From NCBI GenBank assembly GCA_963726245.1, contig CAVSBT010000038.1, positions 32,001 to 96,000 of the forward strand: DNA of 64,000 nt, given 5' to 3'. This document shows, piece by piece, positions 46,135 to 57,632 of this stretch. Under the pieces are notes generated by a model, which ran no database searches, was not told the DNA's origin, and saw nothing but the letters and a program-made list of their open reading frames with translations. How positions within the stretch are numbered: position 1 is the first letter of the stretch; each line of letters opens with the position of its first letter. Source of the DNA: an uncultured Chloroflexia bacterium. Its GTDB lineage: Bacteria; Chloroflexota; Dehalococcoidia; DSTF01; JALHUB01. A program made the translations under genes and the position numbers.

Positions 46135-47478
46135 TCAGCGCAGCGTGCCGGCCCCTGGGCCGATGAGATTGACCAGGCTGCCGTCCTGGACCTGACAGGG
46201 AACGAGGCCCAGCTCCAGGAAGACGTTGACGTCGCCTGAGCTGATAGCCTTGTCGACGAATCCCGAAAGGTCACTGACGCCTGGAGGCACCCGGTCGCCG
46301 TTCTGGTCGAAGGCGACCGAGCCGGATACGCCGTCTACCAAGCGGGCCGCGCGCACTGCGTCGCGGAGCGCGGCAGGGTCGACGGTCAGCGAACCGCCGG
46401 CATCCTCGACGGCGACCTGAGCCACGGCGTCGAGCAGGATGGTGGCGGCGTCCGCGTACTGCGCGACAAAGGCCGAATCCGCGGGCGCATGGCCGTGCAG
46501 GTCCTGGAAGTCGGCCACGAAGTCTGCGGGCAGCGGCAGCGAGCACCCGGCGAAGACAACGCCTTCGGCCTGCTTCGCGCCCACCGGCTCGATGAACGGC
46601 GGGCCCCACGCCGCGTCGCCGGCGCCGAACAGTCCCTTGTAACCTGCATCGCGAAGCTGCCGGAAGAGGAGCGCCGCCTCCGGGTTGAAACCGGCGAAGC
46701 CCACCAGGTCCGGGCTCTCCGCGACGATCTTTCTGACCAGTTCGCTGAAATTGACCGTCCCACGCTGCACGCTGTCCCGAGTCACCGCCACGCCGTTCTT
46801 CTCCATCGCAGTTTGGGCGGCGTCGGCCAGGTCCCGGCCGTAGGACTCGCCGTCGTCGACCAGGTAGACTCTTTGGGCCTTGAGCTGGGAGCTGGCGAAG
46901 AGGCCGGCGAGCGTGCCTTCCAGGTCGTTGCGGTAGGCGGTGCGGAAGAAGAAGCCTCCCTGCGGTTGGTTCGCCGTGAGGCCGGTCGCGGTGGCTGAGC
47001 CGGAGATGGCGACGACTCCGGCCTTCTCATAGACCGGCCGGGCCGCCTCGGCTCCGCTGCTACAGTCGGGCCCGAGGACCCCGACGAGGCCTTGCTGGCT
47101 CAGCAGGCGCTGCGCCGCCTGAACCGTTATCTCGGCCTCAGTGCAGCCGTCGTCCTCCACCTGAATCTCTATCTCGTGGCCCTTGATCTGGCTGCCGTTC
47201 ACTTTCCTCCACCGGTCGACGCCGACGATGGCCGCATCGCTGTCTTCGGTTCCCGCCGCCGCGTCGGGCCCGGTTAGAGGCGCCGAAACGCCAACAACGA
47301 TGGCCTCGCCGGCGGGAATGACGATTGGCGTTTGGGGGTCGCGGGTGACCGTTCCGGTTGGCTTGGGGTTCTTTGCTTCGTTGCCACCGCAGGCCCCGAC
47401 AAACAGAGCCACGCCCAACACGAGCGCCATCAACAGCGCCGCGCGCCAGTGGCTGGAACGCCCGAAGTGTAAACGCAT
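46135..47478 (-). CDS. Branched-chain amino acid ABC-type substrate-binding lipoprotein
   Basis: Lipobox VGAC, EDDGC, GPDCSS, ISGSAT, FFRT and YGRDLA. Confidence 0.9.
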   Translation of the reverse strand: MRLHFGRSSHWRAALLMALVLGVALFVGACGGNEAKNPKPTGTVTRDPQTPIVIPAGEAIVVGVSAPLTGPDAAAGTEDSDAAIVGVDRWRKVNGSQIKGHEIEIQVEDDGCTEAEITVQAAQRLLSQQGLVGVLGPDCSSGAEAARPVYEKAGVVAISGSATATGLTANQPQGGFFFRTAYRNDLEGTLAGLFASSQLKAQRVYLVDDGESYGRDLADAAQTAMEKNGVAVTRDSVQRGTVNFSELVRKIVAESPDLVGFAGFNPEAALLFRQLRDAGYKGLFGAGDAAWGPPFIEPVGAKQAEGVVFAGCSLPLPADFVADFQDLHGHAPADSAFVAQYADAATILLDAVAQVAVEDAGGSLTVDPAALRDAVRAARLVDGVSGSVAFDQNGDRVPPGVSDLSGFVDKAISSGDVNVFLELGLVPCQVQDGSLVNLIGPGAGTLR

Positions 47479-47536
47479 CAGTCACCATCCTGCGAATGAC
47501 GGGAGCGGCTGCCTTGCGCCAAGAAGAGTGGCGCTG

Positions 47537-47550
47537 GTATCTTATGATAC
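47537..47550. promoter_or_regulatory. Palindromic operator candidate between the divergent SBP and MMPL genes
   Basis: GTATC-TTAT-GATAC. Confidence 0.35.
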
Positions 47551-47583
47551 CGCCCGGCACGGCGAGTTCAAGGGGTAGACAGC

Positions 47584-49929
47584 GTGAGCGAGAGCGATTT
47601 CCCTCCCGGCGGTTCGCTGACGGCGCGACTGGCGATGTGGAGCGCCCGACACCGGAAGGCCGTCGTCTTCGCCTGGGTGCTGATCGTAGTAGTCGCCCTG
47701 GGGAGCTGCTCCCTGGTCCCGGCCAACACGGACATCAAGTTGCAGGGGCCGGGCGAAGCGTTCGAAGGGCTCAGGCTGTTCCAGGACCGGTTCGGCACGC
47801 AGCAAGAGACGGTCCGGGAGATAGTCGTCTTCTCTCACCCGTCCCTCAAGGTGACCGATCCGGCTTACCAGGAGACGGTTGAAGGCCTCATGGCGAAGCT
47901 TCTCGACCTGCGGGCCGAGAAGACGGACACCGTGGGCGGCTCCACCGTCGTCCGCAGCACCAGGATCGTCTCCAAAACGCTGACCCACTACGATATCGGA
48001 GCGCCGCGCGAGAGCTCACCTTTCGTGGCGCAGAATAGCGCCGGCGGCGACGTCACCTTCGCCCTGGTCGACCTGGTCGGCGAACTCACCGAGGCACAGA
48101 AGAACGTCGGCCCGGTCGTCGATACCGTCTCCGAAGCGAACGCGGCGTCCGGCGGGTTCACGATCCTCGATGGGGGCGCGGCTTCAATCAACAAACAGAC
48201 GCTCGACGTCGTAAACAAGGACTTCGGGCGCGCCCTGTTTCTGAACCTGCCGCTCACCTTCGTCATCCTCATCCTGGTCTTCGGCGCGCTGATGGCGGCG
48301 CTGGTTCCCCTGGCCCTGGCGCTGGCCGCGACGACGACCGCGCTGGGTATTCTGGCCCTGGTCAGCCAGCCGTACGCCCTCAGCGACACCTTCAAAGAGG
48401 TGGTGATCATGATGGGGCTCGCCACGGGCGTGGACTATGCCCTGTTCGTCATCACCCGCTTTCGCAGCGAGCGAGCAGCGGGCCGCTCCAAGGAGGAGGC
48501 CCTGAAGGTGGCCAGCGGCACGTCGGGGAAGGCGGTATTCTTCGCCGGCATAACCGTGCTGGTAGCGATCAGCGGCATGTTCCTGGTTGACTTCGTCGCC
48601 TTCTCCACCATAGCAGTGGCAGCCATGGTTGTCGTAGCGCTGGCCGTGCTGATGTCGCTGAGCTTCCTGCCCGCGCTGCTGGCCATGCTCGGCGACAACG
48701 TCAACCGCCTGCGCATCCCCTTCCGCGGGCTTGGCACGGGCGAGGGAAGCGGCGTCTGGGGATACATCACCGACCGCGTGCTGGCGCGGCCGGTCATCCT
48801 GGCCACCGTCACAGCCATAGCCCTCGTGGCGCTGTCAGCGCCGCTTGTCACCCTCAACCTTGGGTTCAACGGCGCCAAGAGCCTCCCGGATGCCGTCGAA
48901 GCCAAGAAGGCCGTCCTCGCCCTACAGGACAACTTCACCATTGGCCTGTTCTCCCCTGCCGTGGTGGTGGTCGACGCCGGCCTCGGCCGGAACGTGTTCG
49001 CGGAGGATGTCCAGTCCTCGGTCAGCCAGGTACTTGCCCGTGTCCAAGCAGAGACGGCCTCAGCTCAAAACCCTGACGCCCCATACGGCGCGCCGGTCCA
49101 GGTGCAGACCAACAGCGCCGGCGACACCCAGACGATCCAGATCCCGGTCAACGCCGACACCGGTGAACAGAAGGCCCTCGACGCCGTGAAGCACCTGCGC
49201 AAGGACATCGTGCGGCCCGCGTTTGCCGGTAGCTCGGCCCGCGCCTTGGTTACCGGAGATACGGCAGGAAACATAGACTTCAAGGCGCTTATCAACTTCA
49301 AGACCCCCATCGTTTTCGCCTTCGTGCTGGGGCTGGCCTTTATCGTCCTGCTGCTCATGTTCCGCTCCATCGTCATCGCCATCAAGGCGGTCATCCTCAA
49401 TCTCCTATCAGTGGGTGCCTCCTACGGCGTGATGGTGCTCGTGTTTCAAAAGGGCTGGCTGCTGGAGCAGGTTCTCGGCTTCAAAGCCACCGGCATCATC
49501 GAGTCGTGGATTCCCCTCTTCATATTCGCCATCCTGTTCGGCCTGTCGATGGACTACCACATGTTCATCCTCAGCCGGATCAAGGAGCTGCACGAGAAGG
49601 GGTTGAGCAACGAGGAAGCGGTCTCCCTGGGTATCAAGCAGACCGCCGGTACGATCACCAGCGCGGCAGCGATCATGGTGGCGGTCTTCGCCGTATTCGC
49701 TTTCACACGCCTGATCGCTATCAAGGAGCTCGGCGTGGGGCTGGGCGTCGCCATCCTCCTCGACGCTACGGTGATCCGCTCGATCCTCCTGCCCGCCACC
49801 ATGAAGCTCCTCGGCGAGTGGAACTGGTACCTGCCGTCCTGGCTGGAGTGGCTGCCCAGGATCAACATGGGCGAGGGCGCCGCCGGCGAGCCGCTCGACC
49901 TCAAGCCATCCCCAGGCGAAGGCCAGTAG
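47584..49929 (+). CDS. MMPL/RND-family transporter
   Basis: GLATGVDYALF and FGLSMDYHMFILSRIKE repeats, plus LDATVIR. Confidence 0.93.
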   Translation: MSESDFPPGGSLTARLAMWSARHRKAVVFAWVLIVVVALGSCSLVPANTDIKLQGPGEAFEGLRLFQDRFGTQQETVREIVVFSHPSLKVTDPAYQETVEGLMAKLLDLRAEKTDTVGGSTVVRSTRIVSKTLTHYDIGAPRESSPFVAQNSAGGDVTFALVDLVGELTEAQKNVGPVVDTVSEANAASGGFTILDGGAASINKQTLDVVNKDFGRALFLNLPLTFVILILVFGALMAALVPLALALAATTTALGILALVSQPYALSDTFKEVVIMMGLATGVDYALFVITRFRSERAAGRSKEEALKVASGTSGKAVFFAGITVLVAISGMFLVDFVAFSTIAVAAMVVVALAVLMSLSFLPALLAMLGDNVNRLRIPFRGLGTGEGSGVWGYITDRVLARPVILATVTAIALVALSAPLVTLNLGFNGAKSLPDAVEAKKAVLALQDNFTIGLFSPAVVVVDAGLGRNVFAEDVQSSVSQVLARVQAETASAQNPDAPYGAPVQVQTNSAGDTQTIQIPVNADTGEQKALDAVKHLRKDIVRPAFAGSSARALVTGDTAGNIDFKALINFKTPIVFAFVLGLAFIVLLLMFRSIVIAIKAVILNLLSVGASYGVMVLVFQKGWLLEQVLGFKATGIIESWIPLFIFAILFGLSMDYHMFILSRIKELHEKGLSNEEAVSLGIKQTAGTITSAAAIMVAVFAVFAFTRLIAIKELGVGLGVAILLDATVIRSILLPATMKLLGEWNWYLPSWLEWLPRINMGEGAAGEPLDLKPSPGEGQ

Positions 49930-49947
49930 CGTAGACCTGCTCAGAAG

Positions 49948-50083
49948 GCCAGGCTTAAGCCTGGCAGGGGGACCGAGCGAGCACGTCCATGTAGCGGAAG
50001 GCTTCAGCCTTCCACAAAGGTGGTGGAGGGCTGAAGCCCTCCGCTACTCCTACTTGAGGACGGAGCTAAAGCTCCGTCCCTAC
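49948..50083. repeat. Cluster of REP-type palindromes including a GTAG inverted doublet
   Basis: gccaggcttaagcctggc, GTAGCGGAAGGCTTCAGCCTTCC...GGAGGGCTGAAGCCCTCCGCTAC (49991-50047), and ggacggagctaaagctccgtccctac. Confidence 0.8.
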
Positions 50084-50234
50084 GTTTGGGGGCACCCCGC
50101 CGGCCGCGGGTGCCTCCGCGAACAGATCGCAGTAAACTAGATCAGATGAGGGAGTGGGGTGCGAGCAGCGCCGTCGCCTCCCTCGCGATCGGCGTCCTGT
50201 CTTCGACGCCCGCGCTGGAATGCAGGGAAGCACA

Positions 50235-52256
50235 ATGGCCGCAAACAGCCGCATCGACGACCTTTGCATCAACACCATCCGCACGCTGGCCATCGATGCC
50301 GTCCAGAAAGCGAATTCGGGCCATCCCGGCACGCCGATGGGCGCTGCGGCGATGGTCTACGCCCTCTGGACGCGCTTCCTTCGCCACAACCCCGCCGATC
50401 CCAAGTGGCCTGATCGCGACCGCTTCGTCCTGTCGCCGGGGCACGCGTCGCTGCTTCTCTACTCGCTCCTGCACCTCACGGGGTACGACCTGCCCTGGAG
50501 GAGATCCAGCGCTTCCGCCAGTGGGGGAGCAGGACGCCCGGGCATCCCGAGTATGGATTGACGCCCGGCGTGGAGATGACCACCGGCCCTCTGGGCCAGG
50601 GCTTCGCTATGGGCGTGGGCATGGCGATCGCCGAGCGGTTTATGGCCGAGAGCTTCAACCGTCCGAACCATACCATCGTCGACCACTACGTCTACGGCGT
50701 GGCGAGCGACGGCGACCTGATGGAGGGCGTGTCGTCGGAGGCGGCGTCGCTGGCCGGGACGCTAGGCCTCGGCAAGATCATCTACCTCTACGACGACAAC
50801 GAGATCTCCATCGAGGGCAGCACAGAGATGACCTTCACGGAGCAGGTTGGAGAACGCTTCGACGCCTACGGGTGGCACGTGCAGCGCGTCGATGGCAACG
50901 ACGTCGAGGCGGTCGCCGCGGCCATCGAAGCGGCGCGCGCGGAGGACACGCGGCCGTCGCTCATCATCGCGCGCACCGTGATCGGCTTCGGCAGTCCGCA
51001 CAAGGCGGGCACCGCCGAGGTCCACGGCGCCCCGCTGGGCGAGGAGGAGGTGCGGCTGACGAAGCGCGCGCTCGGCTGGCCCGAGGAGCCGCCCTTCTAC
51101 GTCCCCGAAGAGGCGCTGGCGGAGTTCCGCAAGGCGCTGGGCCGCGGCCGCGCCTGGGAGGAGGAGTGGAGCGCCCGCTTCGCCGCCTACGAGCGCGATT
51201 ACCCGGCGGAGGCCCGGCTCTGGCGCACTGTCATGGCCGGCGAGCTGCCCGAGGGCTGGGACGCCGCCCTGCCCGTCTTCTCGCCTCAGGACGGCGAGAT
51301 GGCGACGCGCGTGGCTTCGGGGAAGGTGCTGAACGCCGCTGCAAAGGGCCTGCCCACCCTCGTCGGCGGTTCGGCTGACCTCGCCCCTTCGACCGATACC
51401 TACCTCAAAGGCTACGGCGACCTCGGCTTCCACGAGTGGTGCGGGCGCAACATGCACCTGGGCGTGCGGGAGCACGCCATGGGCGCCGTCGTCAACGGCA
51501 TGGCGCTGCACGGCGGAGTGATCCCCTATGGCGGCACCTTCCTCATCTTCTCCGACTACATGCGTCCCGCCATCCGGCTGGCCGCCCTCATGAAGACGCA
51601 CGTCATCTTCATCTTCACGCACGACAGCATCGGCCTCGGCGAAGACGGGCCGACGCACCAGCCCGTCGAGCACCTCGCGTCGCTGCGGGCGATGCCCGTC
51701 CTGACCGTGCTGCGTCCGGCCGACGCGAACGAGACCGTCGCCTGCTGGCGACTGGCACTGGAGCGCAAAGGCCCCGCCGCCCTGGTCCTCACGCGGCAGA
51801 GCCTGCCGATCATCGGCGACGTGGAGCGGGTGCTCGCCGGCGTGCCGCGCGGCGCCTACGTGCTGGCCGGCGCTGGCTCGGGCCGGCCCGACGTCCTGTT
51901 GCTCGCCACCGGCTCCGAGGTCTCGCTGGCGCTCAAGGCGCGGGAGCTGCTGGCCCAGCGCGGGTCTGAAGGCGCGCGTCGTGAGCATGACGAGCTGGGA
52001 GATATTCGAGGAGCAGCCGCAGGCCTACAGGGACGAGGTGTTGCCGCCCGCGGTGCGGGCCCGTATCGCCGTGGAGGCGGCGGCCACCTTTGGCTGGCGC
52101 AAGTACGTCGGTGACCAGGGCGACATCATCGGTCTCGACCACTTCGGCGCCTCTGCGCCCGGCAAGGTGCTGTTCGAGAAGTTCGGCTTCACGCCCGAGC
52201 ACGTCGCCGAGCGGGCGGCGGCGCTGGTGGAGCGGCTGGCACGAATCCGGAGGTAA
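50235..52256 (+). CDS. tkt: Transketolase (frameshifts near 50495 and 51965)
   Basis: [46 protein letters not shown] and FGASAP. Confidence 0.95.
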
Positions 52257-52258
52257 GG

Positions 52259-52720
52259 ATGCGCATCGCGGTCGGAGCGGATCACGCGGGGTTCGCGCTT
52301 AAGGGGCCGGCCATCGCGGAGCTGGAGCGTCTCGGCCACACTGTGCTCGACCTCGGCACGAACAGCGATGAGCCGGTCGACTACCCCGACTTCGCCCAGG
52401 CGGTGGGCGAGGCGGTGATGCGCGGCGAGGCCGACCGGGGCCTTCTCATGTGTGGAAGCGGCGTGGGCGCGTCGGTGGCGGCGAACAAGGTCCCCGGCGT
52501 GCGCGCCGCAGTCTGCCACGACACGTTCTCCGCCCACCAGGGCGTCGAGGACGATGACATGAACGTGCTCTGCCTGGGCACCCGTGTCATCGGGACGCAG
52601 TTGGCGCTGGAGGTCATCCGCGCTTGGGAGAGGGCCGTCTTCTCGAACGCCGAGCGCCACGTGCGGCGCCTGGGCAAGGTCCGCGCCATCGAGGAGCGCT
52701 ACCAGCGAGCAGGGAGGTAG
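52259..52720 (+). CDS. rpiB: Ribose-5-phosphate isomerase B
   Basis: GADHAG, VDYPD, CGSGVG and [10 protein letters not shown]. Confidence 0.95.
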   Translation: MRIAVGADHAGFALKGPAIAELERLGHTVLDLGTNSDEPVDYPDFAQAVGEAVMRGEADRGLLMCGSGVGASVAANKVPGVRAAVCHDTFSAHQGVEDDDMNVLCLGTRVIGTQLALEVIRAWERAVFSNAERHVRRLGKVRAIEERYQRAGR

Positions 52721-52723
52721 AGT

Positions 52724-55347
52724 TTGGCTGATTCGATTGCGGAGCTGCGCCGCCAGGGAGTGAGCGTCTGGCTGGACTACATCCGTCGCAGCCTGATCAC
52801 GTCCGGCGAGCTGGAGCGGATGGTGCGCGACGGCTGGATCACCGGCATGACGTCGAACCCGACCATCTTCCAGAAGGCGATGTCGGGCTCAAACGACTAC
52901 GACGAGGCCCTTCAGAGCATCGCCCGGCGCGGCGAGATCAGCCCCTACGAGGCGTTCCTGGTGCTGGGCGGCGATGACATCCGCATGGCCGCCGACGTTC
53001 TCCGGCCCGTCTATGAGGAGACACAGGCCGCCGATGGCTACATCTCCTTCGAGGCGCAGGAGGGGGATGTGGACCAGATCGTCGCCGAGGCCCGGCGCCT
53101 GTTCAGCCTCGTGGGTCGGCCCAACGTGATGATCAAGGTGCCCGGTACGGCGCCAGGCGTCCAGGCCGTCGAGCCGCTCATCGCCGAGGGCATCAACGTC
53201 AACATCACGCTCCTCTTTGACATCGATGTCTACAAGCAGGTGGCGGAGGCTTACGTCGCGGGTCTGGAGCGGCGGCTCGATCAAGGTCTGCCGGTGAGCA
53301 GCATCGCCAGCGTCGCCTCCTTCTTCGTGTCCAGAGTGGACACCAAGGTGGACGCGCGGTTGCCGGAGGACTCGCCGCTGCGGGGCAAGGTGGCCATCGC
53401 CAACGCCCGGATGGCGTACAAGATGTTCAAGGAGATATTCTCCGGTCCTCGCTGGGAGCGGCTCGCCGCCGCCGGAGCGCGGGTGCAGCGTCCCCTCTGG
53501 GCCTCGACCGGCACCAAGAACCCGGCCTACTCCGACGTGCTCTACGTGGAGGAGCTCGTCGCGCCTCACACCGTCAACACCATGCCGGAGGCGACGCTGC
53601 AGGCCTTCCTGGATCACGGTCGAGTCCGTCCGACTGTCGAACCGGGCTTCGCGGAGGCGGAGGAGACGCTGCGGCAGGCCGCCACCGCAGGGCATCGACC
53701 TGAAGAGCGGTGACTTCGGAGCTCCTCGAGGAGGGGCTGGCGTCCTTCGCGAAGGACTTCGCGAGGCTGATGGAGGAGATCGAGAAGCGGCTGGGTGCCG
53801 CCCAGCCCGCTCGCGCCCGCCACGGCGGCCGCCTGGACGGGCTGAGCGACGCGGTGAAGGAGCGGCTGGAGACCTTCCGAGAGGAGGCGGTGGTGCGCCG
53901 CGTCTGGTCCCACGATCACACGCTGTGGAAGCCGCAACCCGACGGGATCACGGACCGGCTGGGCTGGCTCGCCGTCATCGACCCCATGATGGAGCAGGCG
54001 GACCGGCTGCGCCGCTTCGCCCTCGAGGTGGCCGAGGAGGGCTACGAGACGGCGGTCCTGCTCGGCATGGGCGGGTCGAGCCTGGCGCCGGAGGTGCTCT
54101 TCAGCACGTTCGGCGCTGCGCCGGGCGCGCTGACGCTGAAGGTCCTCGACACCACGGACCCCGCGAGCATCCGCGCCGTCGAGGAGAGCATCGATCTGCA
54201 AAGGACGCTCTTCATCGTCGCCAGCAAGTCGGGCACGACCATCGAGACGATGTCCCACCTCGCCTACTTCTGGGAGAAGGCTCCCGATGGGCGGCACTTT
54301 ATCGCCATCACCGACGCGGGGACGCCCCTCGAGAGGCTGGCGCGGGAACGGGGCTTTCGCCAGGCGTTCCTCAACCCGCCGGACATCGGCGGCCGGTACT
54401 CAGCCCTGTCGTACTTCGGGCTGGTGCCCGCCGCCCTCATCGGCGCCGACATCGACCAGCTCCTCGACCGGGCGCACGAGATGCTGCACGCTTGCCATCA
54501 CTCCGTGTCGTGCGAGGAGAACCCGGGCGCCTGGCTGGGCGCCGTGGTCGGAGAGGGCGCCCTCAACGGCCGCGACAAGCTGACACTGGTCCTGCCCGCC
54601 GCCATCTCGACCTTCGGCTACTGGGTCGAGCAACTGGTCGCGGAGTCTACAGGCAAGGAGGGCAAGGGCATCGTGCCGGTGGAGGGCGAGCCGCTGGGTG
54701 GGCCGGAGGTATACGGTGACGACCGCCTCTTCGTCGCCATCGGGGACGGGGAGGGGCTGTCGGCGCTCGAGCAGGCGGGACATCCGGTCGTGCGGCTGCC
54801 GTACAGCGACCCGCTGCAGCTCGGCGGCGAGCTCTTCCGCTGGGAGTTCGCGACGGCCGTCGCGGGCCACGTGCTCGGCGTGAACCCCTTCGACCAGCCC
54901 AACGTCCAGGAGGCCAAGGAGGCGACAGGCCGCATCCTACAGGAGGGCGCCGCGCCGGAACCGGAGATGGGCAGCCTGTCCGCGCTTCTCGAGCAGGTGC
55001 GGCCCGGCGACTACATCGCCATCCAGGCCTACCTGCCGCGGACCGCGGAGGTCGAAGTGCAGCTCCAGGCCGCCCGCCGCCGGCTGCGCGACCGCTTTCG
55101 AGTGGCGACTACCGTCGGCTACGGGCCGCGCTTCCTCCACTCCACCGGCCAGCTCCACAAAGGCGGGCCGAATACCGGCGTCTTCATCCAGGTAGTTGGC
55201 AGCGACCCGGCGGACGTGCAGATCCCGGGTAAGCCGTACACGTTCGGCGCGTTGAAGCGGGCGCAGGCGCTGGGCGACCTCGCGTCCCTGCGGGCGCACG
55301 GACGTCGCGCCGCCCGTGTGACCCTGGACGAGCTGAGGGGGGTGTGA
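52724..55347 (+). CDS. Probable bifunctional transaldolase/glucose-6-phosphate isomerase (frameshift near 53690)
   Basis: Tal motifs VWLD, TSNPTIF, MIKVP and WASTGTK. The Tal C-terminal helix ([19 protein letters not shown]) is in the Pgi frame. Pgi motifs [27 protein letters not shown] and FDQPNV. Confidence 0.85.
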
Positions 55348-56219
55348 CCATGAAGATCGGTTTGGTGGGACTCGGCCGTATGGGTGCCGGGCTGGCGGAG
55401 CGGCTGCGTCGCAACGGCCACGAGGTCGTGGGCTACGACCAGAACCCGGAGGTGAGCCAGGTGCCCTCGCTGGAGGAGCTCGTCGCCGCTCTCTCGCCGC
55501 CGCGGGTCGTCTGGGTGATGGTGCCCGCCGGCGAGCCAACGGAGTCGACGCTGAAGGAGCTCGCGGACCTCGTTTCGCAGGGCGACATCCTCGTCGACGG
55601 CGGCAACAGCTACTACAAGGACTCAGTGCGCCGGGCGAAGGAGCTGGGCGCGCGCGGCGTCATGTTCCTGGACGCCGGCACCTCCGGCGGCATCTGGGGC
55701 CTGGAGGTTGGCTTCTGCCTGATGGTCGGCGGCCCGCCCGACGCCTTCAAGACCGTGGAGCCGATCCTGAAGGCGCTGGCGCCTGAGAACGGCTACGCCC
55801 ACGTCGGCCCGTCCGGCGCCGGCCACTTCACGAAGATGGTGCACAACGGCGTCGAGTACGGCATGCTTCAGGCCTACGCCGAGGGCTTCGAGCTGCTGCA
55901 CGCGTCGGAGTTCGACCTCGACCTGCGGCAGATAGCGGTCCTCTGGAACCAGGGAAGCGTGGTGCGGTCCTGGCTGCTCGAGCTGGCCGAGCGCGCCTTC
56001 GCCAAGAGTCCCGGGCTGGAGTCGCTGCGGGGCTACGTCGACGACTCGGGCGAGGGCCGCTGGACGGTGCTGGAGGCGGTCGAGCGCGGCGTTCCGGCGG
56101 GCGTCATCACCCAGTCGCTGTTCAACCGCTTCGCCTCTCGCGATGAGAACTCCTTCGCGATGCGTGTCATCGCCGCCCTGCGCAACGAGTTCGGCGGCCA
56201 CCCGGTGAAGCAGCCGTGA
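55344..56219 (+). CDS. gnd: 6-phosphogluconate dehydrogenase (decarboxylating, short type)
   Basis: GLGRMG, DGGNS, KMVHNGVEYG, DSGEGRW and RNEFGGH. Confidence 0.95.
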   Translation: MTMKIGLVGLGRMGAGLAERLRRNGHEVVGYDQNPEVSQVPSLEELVAALSPPRVVWVMVPAGEPTESTLKELADLVSQGDILVDGGNSYYKDSVRRAKELGARGVMFLDAGTSGGIWGLEVGFCLMVGGPPDAFKTVEPILKALAPENGYAHVGPSGAGHFTKMVHNGVEYGMLQAYAEGFELLHASEFDLDLRQIAVLWNQGSVVRSWLLELAERAFAKSPGLESLRGYVDDSGEGRWTVLEAVERGVPAGVITQSLFNRFASRDENSFAMRVIAALRNEFGGHPVKQP

Positions 56220-57632
56220 GCCTGAAGCCACCCGAGGACCAGGACATCATCATCGTCGGCGCGACGGGCGATCTGGCGCGCCGGAAGCTGCTGCCGGCGC
56301 TCTACAACCTGTTCGCCGCCGACCTGCTGCCGGCGCGCGGCCGCATTATCGGCCACGCACGGACAAGCTGGAGCGATGACCAGTTTCGAGAGGTAGGCGC
56401 CGCCGCCGTGCGGGAGTTCTCCCACACCGGCTTCGACGCAAAGGTCTGGTCGTCCTTCGCCGCAGCGCCTCGCCTACGTTCCCGCCGCGTCGGGAGGCCT
56501 GGCGGAGGTGAAGCGCCGCTGCACCGAACCGGCGAGGCTGGTGTACCTGGCGGTGGCGCCGTCGGTCTTCTCCTCGGCCATCCGCGACCTGAGCGAACAA
56601 GAGATGGTCCAGGGCACGCGGCTGATAGTGGAGAAGCCTTTCGGCCATGACCTGAACTCCTCGCGAGAGCTGGAGCGCACCCTGCACGAGGTCTTCGACG
56701 AGTCGCAGGTCTTCCGGATCGACCACTACCTCGGCAAGGAGACGGTGCAGAACATCCTTATCTTCCGCTTTGGGAACGCCGCCTTCGAACGGCTCTGGAA
56801 CCGCGACGCCGTAGAGCACGTGCAGGTCACGGTTGCCGAGTCCATCGGCATCGAAGGGCGCGGTGCCTTCTACGAGGAGACCGGGGCCCTGCGGGACATA
56901 ATCCAGAACCACGTCTTCCAGGTCCTGTCCTTGCTGGCAATGGAGCCGCCCGATTCCTTCAAGCCGGAGGCGATCCGCGACGAGAAGGCGAAGCTCTTGT
57001 CTGCCATGCAGCCGATTCACCCGGCGAAGGTGGTCCGCGGCCAGTACACGCGCGGCCGCATCGATGGCGAGGAGGTGCCGGGCTACCGGGAGGAGGAAGG
57101 CGTCAACCCCGACTCATCGACCGAGACCTTTGCGGCGCTCCAGCTCCATATCGACAACTGGCGCTGGGCGGGCGTGCCCTTCTTCCTGCGCACGGGGAAG
57201 CGCCTGCCGCGCCGGGCGACGGAGATCGAGATCGCTTTCCGCGATGTCCCCGTTCGCTTCTTCCATGGCACGGGAGTCGCGAGCCTGCCGGCGAACCACC
57301 TCACGCTGTCAATCCAGCCCGATGAGACGATCACGTTCGCCTTCCTCGCCAAGGTCCCGGGGCCGGAGATCAGCGTGCGGACCGTGCACATGCAGTTCTC
57401 CTACGGCGAGTCGTTCATGGTCAAGCCGGCCGAGGCCTACGAGCGACTCCTCCACGACGCGCTGGACGGCGACCACACCCTCTTCGCCCGGGCGGACGCC
57501 GTCGATGTCTCTTGGGCCGTCGTGCAGCCGGTGCTCGACGCGACACTGCCCGTGCATCTCTACCCCGCGGGCACGTGGGGGCCGCCGGAGGCTGACGCGC
57601 TCATTGCGCCCCACAAGTGGCACGTGAGGTGA
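56216..57632 (+). CDS. zwf: Glucose-6-phosphate 1-dehydrogenase (frameshift near 56465)
   Basis: GATGDLARRKL, EKPFG, RIDHYLGKE and RWAGVPFFLRTGK. Confidence 0.95.

Noticed and set aside
53680-53715. Programmed ribosomal frameshift producing Tal versus Tal-Pgi
   Set aside because: No slippery heptamer is evident, and similar indels occur throughout the window, so sequencing error is more parsimonious.
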